DNA from: a virus
Direction: 5' to 3' (one strand)
DNA: 64,000 bases
IMG/VR virus record: IMGVR_UViG_3300032224_000591
Location: 1 to 64,000 of that record
In this document: positions 25,600 to 34,826 of the stretch, one piece after another
How the letters are laid out: every line of letters starts with the position of its first letter
Position numbering within the stretch: position 1 is the first letter of the stretch
The notes under the pieces: generated by a model
Seen by the model: only the letters and a program-made list of their open reading frames with translations
Told to the model about the DNA's origin: nothing
Database searches by the model: none
Program-made: the position numbers and the translations under genes

Positions 25600-28529
25600 T
25601 ATAAGCCCCCGCGTGCAGCAGCGCTATTATTTTTCTTACCAAACAGATATGGGAAATATTTGCCCATCCAACTACCATCAGGGTCCGGATCGGTTGTATC
25701 ATGGCCGGTAGTCTGGTCAGAACCACTCTTATATGCGGCGCCTTGATCCCTGTCATCACCTTCACGTGCTGAAGCTCTCGCTGCAGCTTCTCTATTACCT
25801 TCAATATCAAATGATCCGGCATTTGCTAGAGCAGCATTACGTAATGTTCCAGCGGGACGTTGGACTCCATTAACCGGCGCTTCTGTTATCTGTTGTGCTA
25901 AGGGTTGTGCTGCAGCACCTCTTTTACGAATCTCATCATCATTCTCAATTTGCTGGCGTTCAGCGGCCGTGTTAGCCTCCGACCCTTCATCAATTCTCAT
26001 TGCCTTTAGTTTAGCCTGACGAGCATTCTCTTCCTCATCTCGCTTAGCATTAGCTTCAGCTGTTGCTGTTATACTTTTAGCGTGTTCTTGGCCTGCTCGT
26101 CGTGGATCACTTGCCCATTCAGCAGTTTCTCTATCACGCTTTTGTTGAAAATTTTCTTCAGGTGGTCCCTGGACTTCACCCAAACCTTCTGGTCTACGTG
26201 GTGGTGGTAGGGGCACAACCTTTTCAGCTGCTACAGTAATAGTCTTCTTAATCTTAGGTGGCTTCATACCAAGTTCTAGTGTACGCTGCTTATCAGCAGC
26301 AAAGAACATTGCATGAGTATCTTCACCGCGGCGCTCTGCATCCTGATGTGCCTGGAACATTGCACGTGACTTAGCATGACGATCCCAGTTAGGGTCATCA
26401 ATCTCAATAGTCTTAGTCTGTGGCTTTGGCTTTACGACCTTTTCTGGAGCAGGGATTGCTGCTGCTTTACGTGCAGCCACTTCTGCTGCACCATCTCCTC
26501 TACCACTGCCGACAAATTCTTGACGTGGAGTTCCTGGGATTGCAGCGGCCCCACTTCCACTTGCATCGTATATTGGTGCTTCACCCTCAATGAATGTATT
26601 AGGCTTTGGCTTTTTAGCATCGGCCGCTTCGGCTGCTTCCTTTGCAGCCATCATCTTCTCCATAGGACCAGTTATGGCTTTAGCATTAGCTGCAGCTGTT
26701 AGCTGTGCACCTTGTACCATGTCTTCTCTGTCAGCCGCATCCATTCTAGCATTAGATGCCTGCACACCAGGCGCAGCATCAGCGACTCTAACTGCACCAG
26801 CTGGCCCTGCGCCGGGGGCACCTGGAGGAGTGCCTTCTACTTTTTGTGCAGTGTCACCTGGCTTCTTTGCTACGCCACCGGATGTAAGTGCTGATAGGTA
26901 ATGAGCAGGTGCGGCACCGTTTGGATTACCGGTAACCCACTTTGCTGTAGCCTGACCAAGAGTTAGATTCGAATAACTTCTATCCCATAGAGCCTTTTGT
27001 GCCTTACGACCGGCTTCCATATCAGGGAACTTAAGAAGTGTACCGACAGAGTTTGACTGACCAAGCTCTGCACCAAACGGTTTAGCCCACTCTGGAACAC
27101 CTTTACCCTTACCGACAAGAATCGCACCAGGATTATTCATCCTGTTAGGAAGTGTACCGGCCTTAGTAGCGCCTTCGGCGCGGGCTTGATTATCTAGTAG
27201 CTTTTCCTTTTGATCGTCAGTGAGTTCACTCCACTTCTGGTTCGAACCTGGAGGAGCGCCTTGAGCTCCTGTAATAGCCGCTGTATCATTGCTACCACCA
27301 GGTGAACCACCTGGGGATCCACCAGGAGCGCCACCGGGTGATGCGCCAGGTGAGGATGATGATCCACCAGGGGAAGAACCGGTTGAGCCGCCAGGGCCGC
27401 TCCCTGCGGCACCAGCACCACCAGCCCCACCTGGTTTTTGGCCAGCACCACCGCCGGCAGATGTTGCAGCGTTAACTGACTGCTGTGACTTAGCTTGTAC
27501 CTTGCTTATTTCACTTTTTTTTACAGACTTTGCATCGATCGTTAGCTGACCGACTTCAAAAACAAGCTTATCAGTTCTAAATGTTAGATTCTTACTATCA
27601 AAGTTTAAGTTGCCCTTAAGCTTCTCACCACGACTCTGAGCTTCAGCTATTCCAGCTGTTGTAGACTTTCCACCAGTTGAAGGTGGAGGAGCTTGAACTG
27701 GCGAAGATGGTTGTAATGGTGAACTAGTAGGTGGAGTAGCTACATTCGGTGTAGGTGTATCGCTCTCTTCATTGAAGCGACCACCACCAAATGTTCCCTC
27801 ATCTTCCTCATCCTCGGGCATATAGCTATATGCGGTTACTCCAGCAACAGCGCCTGCTGCTAGACCTCCACCGATAATAGCACTACGCTTGCCGGCACCT
27901 GGGCGTTTAGGTGTAGTCTTACCGTTGCCACCACCTAAATTAGGTAGATTTAGGCCACTGCCAATCTTCATACCCTTAATGGCTTGTGATATATCAGATA
28001 GGATTGTTAGTGAGCGTGTCTGAAGACTAATCTGCTCTCTGATAAGCTGATTGTTCTCACGCATGATACCACCGACAGCATTAATACTGAACTTGGTTTC
28101 ATTCTTCTCACGCTTATCATCGTTGACTGCGTTGTTATCGGGGTTTGATGGGGTACTATTAGAAGGTTGACTGATGTTTATATTACGCTGCTTTTCCTTC
28201 TCAGCATCAGCATACATCTCCTTGAAGGCATCCTTCAAGAGCTTCTTTTCATTAACCTTACGCTTGTTCTCAGCCTTCGTATAAAGGTCGTCAAAGATTT
28301 CCTTGACGTCCTTCTTGGTAAGAATGCTCTTACGAGTTTTCTTACTCTCTTCCTTCTCAGCCTTGACTTCGTCCTTTAAAGCCTTCTGCTCAGCGTCAAG
28401 CTTTGCCTGTTCTGCTTGCTGTGCGGCAAGTGCGGCTGCGATCTGCTCTTGGGCACGACCACCACCCTTGCCGCCCTCGCGCATCAGTTGGGCAAGAATC
28501 TCTTCGCCTGATTGTGCTTTGCCTGCCAT
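25599..28529 (-). CDS. gp29-like tape-measure/hub protein with a lysozyme-like domain
   Basis: Coiled-coil N-terminus, Gly/Pro linkers, RMNNPGAI...FPDMEAGRKA...LTLGQATAKW domain; immediately after gp51. Confidence 0.6.
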   Translation of the reverse strand: MAGKAQSGEEILAQLMREGGKGGGRAQEQIAAALAAQQAEQAKLDAEQKALKDEVKAEKEESKKTRKSILTKKDVKEIFDDLYTKAENKRKVNEKKLLKDAFKEMYADAEKEKQRNINISQPSNSTPSNPDNNAVNDDKREKNETKFSINAVGGIMRENNQLIREQISLQTRSLTILSDISQAIKGMKIGSGLNLPNLGGGNGKTTPKRPGAGKRSAIIGGGLAAGAVAGVTAYSYMPEDEEDEGTFGGGRFNEESDTPTPNVATPPTSSPLQPSSPVQAPPPSTGGKSTTAGIAEAQSRGEKLKGNLNFDSKNLTFRTDKLVFEVGQLTIDAKSVKKSEISKVQAKSQQSVNAATSAGGGAGQKPGGAGGAGAAGSGPGGSTGSSPGGSSSSPGASPGGAPGGSPGGSPGGSNDTAAITGAQGAPPGSNQKWSELTDDQKEKLLDNQARAEGATKAGTLPNRMNNPGAILVGKGKGVPEWAKPFGAELGQSNSVGTLLKFPDMEAGRKAQKALWDRSYSNLTLGQATAKWVTGNPNGAAPAHYLSALTSGGVAKKPGDTAQKVEGTPPGAPGAGPAGAVRVADAAPGVQASNARMDAADREDMVQGAQLTAAANAKAITGPMEKMMAAKEAAEAADAKKPKPNTFIEGEAPIYDASGSGAAAIPGTPRQEFVGSGRGDGAAEVAARKAAAIPAPEKVVKPKPQTKTIEIDDPNWDRHAKSRAMFQAHQDAERRGEDTHAMFFAADKQRTLELGMKPPKIKKTITVAAEKVVPLPPPRRPEGLGEVQGPPEENFQQKRDRETAEWASDPRRAGQEHAKSITATAEANAKRDEEENARQAKLKAMRIDEGSEANTAAERQQIENDDEIRKRGAAAQPLAQQITEAPVNGVQRPAGTLRNAALANAGSFDIEGNREAAARASAREGDDRDQGAAYKSGSDQTTGHDTTDPDPDGSWMGKYFPYLFGKKNNSAAARGGL

Positions 28530-28532
28530 CTA

Positions 28533-28718
28533 CTAACCTTGTCTTTGACGTTCTTCTTGCTCTTTGATAAAGGCAATCAATAGCTCAACGTAAATATCCC
28601 TTTCGAAAACAATTAAGTTCTCGATTTCAGATATTTGATATTTATGATGCTGAGCCAGAGAGAAGATTGTCTGGTAGTAGTTGTCTAGGGTATTGTGACT
28701 CAGCGCAAGGTAAAAAAA
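28533..28718 (-). CDS. 51: gp51-like baseplate hub assembly protein, no start codon (FFYLALSHNTLDNYYQTIFSLAQHHKYQISEIENLIVFERDIYVELLIAFIKEQEERQRQG*)
   Basis: Missed by the ORF track; NYYQTIFSLAQHHKY..EIEN....ERDIY signature; frame opens at the T7 run in the 3' end of gp26. Confidence 0.8.
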   Translation of the reverse strand, partial: FFYLALSHNTLDNYYQTIFSLAQHHKYQISEIENLIVFERDIYVELLIAFIKEQEERQRQG

Positions 28719-29413
28719 TCAGATAACGTTGTAAGCTCGATCGTCTTATCGAGCCCCATTGTATTCTTGTACTCTAGCTTATAGTACAGTGAAGGGAGGT
28801 TTGACATAAACTCACGGACAAGTTCAAAGCTCTTGATGTCCATAAGTTCAAGGAACTCGAGGAGGTCATCCTCACTAAAGTCCTTGCCCTCATATACATT
28901 ATCTGCATCATAGATCTGGCCAATACAGCGAACGACCAGGCGATAGAACGTCTCATCACCCTCTGACTTAAGGAAGATCTTATCATCGTAGATGTAAGCT
29001 GGTGGGTACTGCATCACCAAACCTGACTTATCAGTGATTGCAATTTTAGTATCCTGGGATTCTGGATACTTAATTTCGACCTTCTTCAGGTCAACCTCAA
29101 AGTCATAGACTTGCTGGTCTTCCATATCACGGTATGATACCTTGATACTATCACCAATAGAGAACCCACGAAGACGAACGAATAGAAACTCAAGGGCAAA
29201 CAAAGGAATCTTATCAACATCGAATGTTGGATCCATACTACAATTGTTGACAACCTGCTTGATAGCTGTCAACATATCAGTCTTGTCATCACTGATTTTA
29301 GCCATCAGCAAAAGCTTCTCTTCCTTAACAAGCATCGGCCTAAATGAATAGGCTTTGTTATCAGGTGGAACAGTAAGTGAAATCGTAGGATACGAGATTT
29401 TAGGAAGTGCCAT
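28700..29413 (-). CDS. 26: baseplate hub assembly protein gp26
   Basis: MALPKI, FRPMLVKEEKLLLMA, LFVRLRGFSIG and L.DFF C-terminus. Confidence 0.88.
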   Translation of the reverse strand: MALPKISYPTISLTVPPDNKAYSFRPMLVKEEKLLLMAKISDDKTDMLTAIKQVVNNCSMDPTFDVDKIPLFALEFLFVRLRGFSIGDSIKVSYRDMEDQQVYDFEVDLKKVEIKYPESQDTKIAITDKSGLVMQYPPAYIYDDKIFLKSEGDETFYRLVVRCIGQIYDADNVYEGKDFSEDDLLEFLELMDIKSFELVREFMSNLPSLYYKLEYKNTMGLDKTIELTTLSDFFTLR

Positions 29414-29435
29414 TATATACTCCAATTGTTAATGA

Positions 29436-30161
29436 TTAAGCCACAGACAAATTAGCTGGGATTACACGTGCATCGTTGTTAGGATTGTTTAGTGATGACT
29501 GTCTGGCTCTTTGTACTCGTGCAGACAAACCAGAAGCACCATCATCGATTGACCACTCACTGAATGAAATCTTAGCAGTAACCTTCAGAAGGTTATTGTT
29601 ATCACTCCATGATAGGGGCGTATCATTCAATGCAATAGGAAAGGCTTTATAAAGATTATATGATAGAACACGCTCGCCAGATGTATCGAATAAAGTAATT
29701 TCGATCTGCGCACAGTATGTATCCTTATACTCAGTCGTATAGAACTTTCTGTTATTATCTAGTTTAGATGATGTCATTCCAGTGGCGCCACCGGTAGCAA
29801 AAATATAGTTTATCCAATTATACCAAAATACATATGCCATACCTGATCTATCACATACAAATGTCAGATCGATGTCTGTATAGTTTCCGCTAAATGGAAT
29901 CTTCTCTTGAATACCAACACCAAAACGATTGCTATCGATGGTTCTTAGAGCCATACCAGGAAGTGAAGCAGCAATACATCTAAACGTTAGATCGTCAGCA
30001 ATATCTCTAACAGCTACTTGACCGGCTGCATCGGTCGATACAGTTGAGTTGACCATGGCATTATTTTGCCCAGAGAATGAGATCATTACCTCATACTTAT
30101 TTGTCTGGAGGATACCACCATCCTCCATTACAGCCTTAAATTCTTCGATGTCGAATGCCAT
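29436..30161 (-). CDS. 54: baseplate tail-tube initiator gp54-like
   Basis: CIAASLPG, YKDTY and AFPIALNDTPLSW tube-fold motifs; synteny. Confidence 0.7.
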   Translation of the reverse strand: MAFDIEEFKAVMEDGGILQTNKYEVMISFSGQNNAMVNSTVSTDAAGQVAVRDIADDLTFRCIAASLPGMALRTIDSNRFGVGIQEKIPFSGNYTDIDLTFVCDRSGMAYVFWYNWINYIFATGGATGMTSSKLDNNRKFYTTEYKDTYCAQIEITLFDTSGERVLSYNLYKAFPIALNDTPLSWSDNNNLLKVTAKISFSEWSIDDGASGLSARVQRARQSSLNNPNNDARVIPANLSVA

Positions 30162-30847
30162 TAGATCCTCGTAAGTGATTCTTTCCAGACGTCTGATTTG
30201 CGTTTTCCTTGGAACCTATCAATAGGTAGCATCAAAGCAACATCCCATTCGTCTGGTGCTATATAAAGAAATGGCGACCTAACATGATTAATAAGGTATC
30301 TCTTCACACAAGGCTTAAATGGTCCAAACCTAGAAGCGCCCTGTAGAATCTGATATGAGATTTTAAGCTGTGTCTTCTCATCATATGTGTCCTCAACAGC
30401 TACAGCTTTAGATACAAACTTACCAGTCGCTACCTCAGTGTATTTCCCAGGTGATACTTCCTTATAGCCTTCTTTTATCTTAGTTCTTTTATTTATAGTG
30501 CTGTAAAGAGCGTCCATCAATTTAGCTCTCATCACAGGAGGCAGATAGTGCATGTTGATACCGAGGAATCCATCTGAATATATCTCGATTGGGAATATCA
30601 ATGGGTACATATCATAGTAGGGTAGGACTTCCTTCAGCTTTGGATCGTACTGGAAGGTGTACATCTTACCGATAGAATCCTCGTCAATCTTTCCTTTACG
30701 ATTAACCTCTGCAGCTTTATTGATGATATTGCCGGGCTTTACAGAACGGATAGATAAAGCCTTCTCACGAAACCAGTCTACAGACTTCTTCGGATCTAAA
30801 CCGGCAGCCTTGCCCTTATTCAGAATGTTTTGAAATGTTGTCGCCAT
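30161..30847 (-). CDS. 2: DNA end protector protein gp2
   Basis: GKMYTFQYDPK..LPYYD.YPL, GINMHYLPP and PCVKRYL motifs. Confidence 0.9.
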   Translation of the reverse strand: MATTFQNILNKGKAAGLDPKKSVDWFREKALSIRSVKPGNIINKAAEVNRKGKIDEDSIGKMYTFQYDPKLKEVLPYYDMYPLIFPIEIYSDGFLGINMHYLPPVMRAKLMDALYSTINKRTKIKEGYKEVSPGKYTEVATGKFVSKAVAVEDTYDEKTQLKISYQILQGASRFGPFKPCVKRYLINHVRSPFLYIAPDEWDVALMLPIDRFQGKRKSDVWKESLTRI

Positions 30848-31296
30848 TAGAAGGTCAACCCTAACTCTTTCTCGGTTATAATGATAAACTCGTATCCACG
30901 ATCTTTGCAGTACTCACGGGCTGCTTTCCACTTAGCATCATTCACACCCCATGTCATAACCTCATTAATATACCTGCGGTTCTTAGAACCACCCTTCTGG
31001 ACAGTCGGAGGTCTTGTCTGAGTCAATGGCTTCACCTCTACAATCGCTGTCTTTATCTTTCCATCAGCAGTACGCATGTTGACTGTAAAGTCAGTGAAGT
31101 ACCTATGATACCTACCATCAATCGGCGAACGGTAAGGGATGATAGTCTCCTCACTCTGCCACCAAATCACATTTGGATCATTATCAAAACGGTTCATCAC
31201 GATGAGTTCCCACCTCGAACGATACACAATATTTGTAGGATCACCCTTGTACTTCTGAGGATTTTTGGGCTTAAAGTATCCCTTATATGTAGCCAT
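30847..31296 (-). CDS. 4: head completion protein gp4 (TnsA-like nuclease fold)
   Basis: YKGYFKPKNPQKYKGDPTNIVYRSRWE, HRYFTDF, EVKP and NDAKWKAA motifs. Confidence 0.92.
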   Translation of the reverse strand: MATYKGYFKPKNPQKYKGDPTNIVYRSRWELIVMNRFDNDPNVIWWQSEETIIPYRSPIDGRYHRYFTDFTVNMRTADGKIKTAIVEVKPLTQTRPPTVQKGGSKNRRYINEVMTWGVNDAKWKAAREYCKDRGYEFIIITEKELGLTF

Positions 31297-31312
31297 GCGG
31301 TCCTGCAAAAAC

Positions 31313-31337
31313 GATAAATAACTTAAAGGTATTTATA
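31313..31337. promoter_or_regulatory. paired late promoters for the divergent blocks: GATAAATA (+, 31313-31320) and TATAAATA (-, 31330-31337)
   Basis: Located in the 50-nt gap between divergent gp4 and gp48. Confidence 0.75.
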
Positions 31338-31346
31338 GGGATTCTC

Positions 31347-32354
31347 ATGGCATATACTCCTACTAAAGTTGCTATTGGCGCTGCTGCTGTTGCCGGCGGT
31401 GCAGCCGTAGCTGCAGCCTATTATAATAGCCTTAAACCGGATGTAGCTAATAGGGCCGCTCCAAAGGGAATTAATTCTATAGCTGCAGCCACTGATCCTT
31501 CAAATGGAACAATTCAGAGCAGTGTATCAAATGGAATAGCGCCTACTCCAAATAAAATGGCATTTCCGGAACGTTTGGAAGAGCAAAATTTCTGGATGTC
31601 ATTTAGTTTCTATGAGTATCAACGACCAACATTTGCAGGTAACCCGGTCCTTGGTGACAAGGGAACTATTCGTCTACCACTCCCGAATCAATTAGCTGAA
31701 TCACAGGGTGTAAATTACGCTAATAAAAATCTCGAGATGGGTCTTGGAATGGCACTAAACAAATTTGCTGGTGCTGGCGGTGGAGATCTTAGTGCCGCAG
31801 CTGGGGAAGCTGTTAAAGGATTGGCTGCAGGAGCTCTAGTCGGTGGAGCAGCGTCTGTACTTAATAGTGTCGGCGCAAATGCTGGAGCTGTTGCAGGAAT
31901 GGCCGGCGTAGCTTTGAATCCATGGCTTACCGTATTATTTGAAGGTCCAGAATATAGAACACATACATTCTCATGGACATTGACACCAACTAACGAGCGG
32001 GAGTCAAGAACTATTGCTCAGATGATTACAACATTTAAGTTTAACATGTTGCCTGATTCTTCTGGTGCCCTTGGTGGAACTCTCCTAAGTTATCCAAATA
32101 TTGTACAGCTGAGTATTGCCAAAGCTCGCGGTGAATATTGGAACTATATTTTTAAGCCAGGTGTTATTAAAACCTTTACAGTCAATTATGCACCAGCTGG
32201 CCAACCATCGATGTTCAACAGAACAAACGCTCCAACGGCCGTACAAATTTCAATGACTATTCAAGAGATTGAGTTCTTCCTACAAAGAGATTATGGTGCA
32301 TCACAAAATGGTGCTTCAGAGCTATTAAATTCAATGGCGAAACTAGGTCTATAA
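31347..32354 (+). CDS. 48: baseplate tail-tube cap gp48
   Basis: IRLPLP, NPWLTVLFEGPEYRTHTFSW and VNYAP motifs. Confidence 0.8.
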   Translation: MAYTPTKVAIGAAAVAGGAAVAAAYYNSLKPDVANRAAPKGINSIAAATDPSNGTIQSSVSNGIAPTPNKMAFPERLEEQNFWMSFSFYEYQRPTFAGNPVLGDKGTIRLPLPNQLAESQGVNYANKNLEMGLGMALNKFAGAGGGDLSAAAGEAVKGLAAGALVGGAASVLNSVGANAGAVAGMAGVALNPWLTVLFEGPEYRTHTFSWTLTPTNERESRTIAQMITTFKFNMLPDSSGALGGTLLSYPNIVQLSIAKARGEYWNYIFKPGVIKTFTVNYAPAGQPSMFNRTNAPTAVQISMTIQEIEFFLQRDYGASQNGASELLNSMAKLGL

Positions 32355-33289
32355 TGGCAGAGACATACTTCAAAAATTTCAACATTATATCATACGCAAA
32401 CAACTATGCCGTCGATCTGACAGAGCGTGTTGTTGGATTAAGAAATGCGTTGAAGAACCCATATATATTCTACCCAATGACTATTGTTCAAGGCGTCAGG
32501 CCGGATCAGTTAGCTTATGGTAACTATCAAGACCCATATACTAGTTGGCTTCTGTATATCACTAATGATATTATTGATCCATATTATGAATGGTATCTGA
32601 CAGATTACCAGTTGACTCAGTTTATTAAAGAAAAATATGGAACACTTCAAAATGCTATGGATAAAGTAGCATACTATCGAAATGACTATGTCGAAAAAAA
32701 TTCAATAACGCCTGCAGCCTATAATGCTTTAACTTATAGACAGAAGGAATATTGGGAACCACAATATGCTGAGGGATCTAGAATTCTTGAGTATACAAGA
32801 AAAAAGTTGGATCTAAAAACCACTACTAACTATATCCTTAAGATAGGATATTTCGGTAACGGTGGATTTACAGATTCAAACACCGGTCTATGGGACTCTT
32901 ATTTTAAGAGTAATGAAGTCCTAAAAATTCAGCTATATAATAGTGTCACATCTAGATACGTAACAGGTAAAGCACAGTTCATACAGGCTAATTCATCAGC
33001 GATGCTTGTGCAACATGTCTCAGATGATGCTTTCCCGCACAATAATATTATTACTGGTCCAATCGCGTATGTGTATGGAACGGAAAGTGGTGCTAATGTT
33101 AGTATTACAAACAATGATATTAGTTTTGTTTCAAATAACATTCCATCTGATGTGCTTGCTTACTATACGCCGGTATACTATTATGATCTAGAGGTTGAAA
33201 AGAATGAGGGCAACAAAACTATTCGTTTACTTCAACCAGAATACGTTCCTGACTTTCTAAGAAACTTCAAAACACTATTGAGTCAATAA
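32354..33289 (+). CDS. 53: baseplate wedge gp53
   Basis: YFKNF, RPDQLAY..Y.DP..SWL....NDIIDPYYEW and E..KNE..K.IRLL motifs. Confidence 0.85.
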   Translation: MAETYFKNFNIISYANNYAVDLTERVVGLRNALKNPYIFYPMTIVQGVRPDQLAYGNYQDPYTSWLLYITNDIIDPYYEWYLTDYQLTQFIKEKYGTLQNAMDKVAYYRNDYVEKNSITPAAYNALTYRQKEYWEPQYAEGSRILEYTRKKLDLKTTTNYILKIGYFGNGGFTDSNTGLWDSYFKSNEVLKIQLYNSVTSRYVTGKAQFIQANSSAMLVQHVSDDAFPHNNIITGPIAYVYGTESGANVSITNNDISFVSNNIPSDVLAYYTPVYYYDLEVEKNEGNKTIRLLQPEYVPDFLRNFKTLLSQ

Positions 33290-34516
33290 ATGGCAGGTTA
33301 TAATCCAGGTGATATTTTTATCGACGCTGTTACTGTATCATCACCACGTGGTGGGAGCAGGAACTTAGCGCCGCAATTTCTATCGGGTGAAATTACAGAG
33401 ACGATCTTTAGTCCAGGTTGCCTTGTGCAGATTAGGGTTATTGACTTAGATGACTATCTTGGTACATTTGGTAAGTTAACAGGTGACGAGACAGTAAAGT
33501 TCTCATTGCGTAAACCAAATGGTGGCTCAGCCACATATAATCTACATCTAAACTCTGTTAAGGAAGCACAAGGGACTGCTGCTGATAAATCTAAGACATA
33601 TATCCTGGACTGCATCTCAGAGGAAGTATTCCATGGTCAGGCAAAACATGTCCAGAAGGGATACAATACAACCATCGATGGTATTGTTAAGGATGTCTTT
33701 GGCCAACTAGGAAGTAAGTCGCGTATTAATGCTGAGGCTACAAAGGGTAAACGTAATCTGAAGATTACTAATCAACCAATCTTTCATGCTATTGAGATGT
33801 TAAGAAAAGAAGCTGTATCTGAGAAGAACAAGTCATCTAATTTCATGTTTTGGCAGACACATAGTGGATTTCACTTTAAGAGTCTAGAAGAGATGATGAG
33901 TGGCGGTGATGTTAAGACATTTAAGAGATCTAACACAGTCGGCGCAAATCATAATAGTGACTTTGATACTAATGCCCTAGCTTATAAAATTCTCCATAGT
34001 ATGGATGCCATCAATCGTATCCACTCAGGTGCTATGAATCAGAGAGTAGCTACATTCAATACCCATACAAATACGTTTGTATGGAAAGATATTAAGCCAA
34101 AAGGCAGTGATTTACGTAGTCTTGGTAAAGGTATTATTATGACTGCGGCATTTATCGATGCATTTGCTACCGGCATGAGAGCTGTAATGAGGGTGGTCAA
34201 TCATAATGATGATATTAAAATTGATAAGTCGCATGTACCAGAGACAATTCCACATAAGATGCTAGACCTTGCAAGAATGCAAGAGCAGACAATGCATATG
34301 ACAGTTATCGGCGATACAGTACTAGAAGCTGGTTCGACTATTAATAATAATATTCCAAAGATAACAGCTGAGCGGAATAACAAAGAGCAGGATGCGCAAG
34401 CTTCTGGGCGATGGATTATCTCAAAAGTAAAGCATGAAATTAAAGGAGCTGCTGATAGACCTAGATGGGTTTCGCACCTAGAGTGTATTAAAGGTTCATA
34501 TGAGGAGAGTGTCTAA
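33290..34516 (+). CDS. baseplate hub protein (gp27-like)
   Basis: ETIFSP, FMFWQT..GFHFKSLE and SGRWIISKVKH motifs; precedes gp5. Confidence 0.7.
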   Translation: MAGYNPGDIFIDAVTVSSPRGGSRNLAPQFLSGEITETIFSPGCLVQIRVIDLDDYLGTFGKLTGDETVKFSLRKPNGGSATYNLHLNSVKEAQGTAADKSKTYILDCISEEVFHGQAKHVQKGYNTTIDGIVKDVFGQLGSKSRINAEATKGKRNLKITNQPIFHAIEMLRKEAVSEKNKSSNFMFWQTHSGFHFKSLEEMMSGGDVKTFKRSNTVGANHNSDFDTNALAYKILHSMDAINRIHSGAMNQRVATFNTHTNTFVWKDIKPKGSDLRSLGKGIIMTAAFIDAFATGMRAVMRVVNHNDDIKIDKSHVPETIPHKMLDLARMQEQTMHMTVIGDTVLEAGSTINNNIPKITAERNNKEQDAQASGRWIISKVKHEIKGAADRPRWVSHLECIKGSYEESV

Positions 34517-34824
34517 TGACAGAACAAGCTAGTGGTATGCATTTCTTCGTTGCTGATGTTCGTAATATTCAGGATCCGAATGAAGGTGGTAAAGTACAAA
34601 TCTGCGTCCATGGTCATCACAATATTGGTGATAAACCAATTCCGGATGATGACCTTCCATGGGCACACTGCATTATGAATAATAGCCCTTCACTAAATGG
34701 TATTGGTGAATCAGTTGGCTATATTGCACAAAGCACTGTTGTGGGATTCTGGTTAGATGGCGATAGAAAACAGATTCCATATATCATCGGTAGCGTGCAC
34801 CGTGGCGCACAGCCAAAGGGATAA
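34516..34824 (+). CDS. stand-alone gp5 N-terminal OB-fold domain
   Basis: DPNEGGKVQICVHGHH...DDLPWA...STVVGFWLDG...PYIIGS. Confidence 0.8.
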   Translation: MTEQASGMHFFVADVRNIQDPNEGGKVQICVHGHHNIGDKPIPDDDLPWAHCIMNNSPSLNGIGESVGYIAQSTVVGFWLDGDRKQIPYIIGSVHRGAQPKG

Positions 34825-34826
34825 TT

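Noticed and set aside
30847-31296. TnsA-like transposase or mobile element
   Set aside because: Sequence and synteny identify it as T4 gp4 head completion protein
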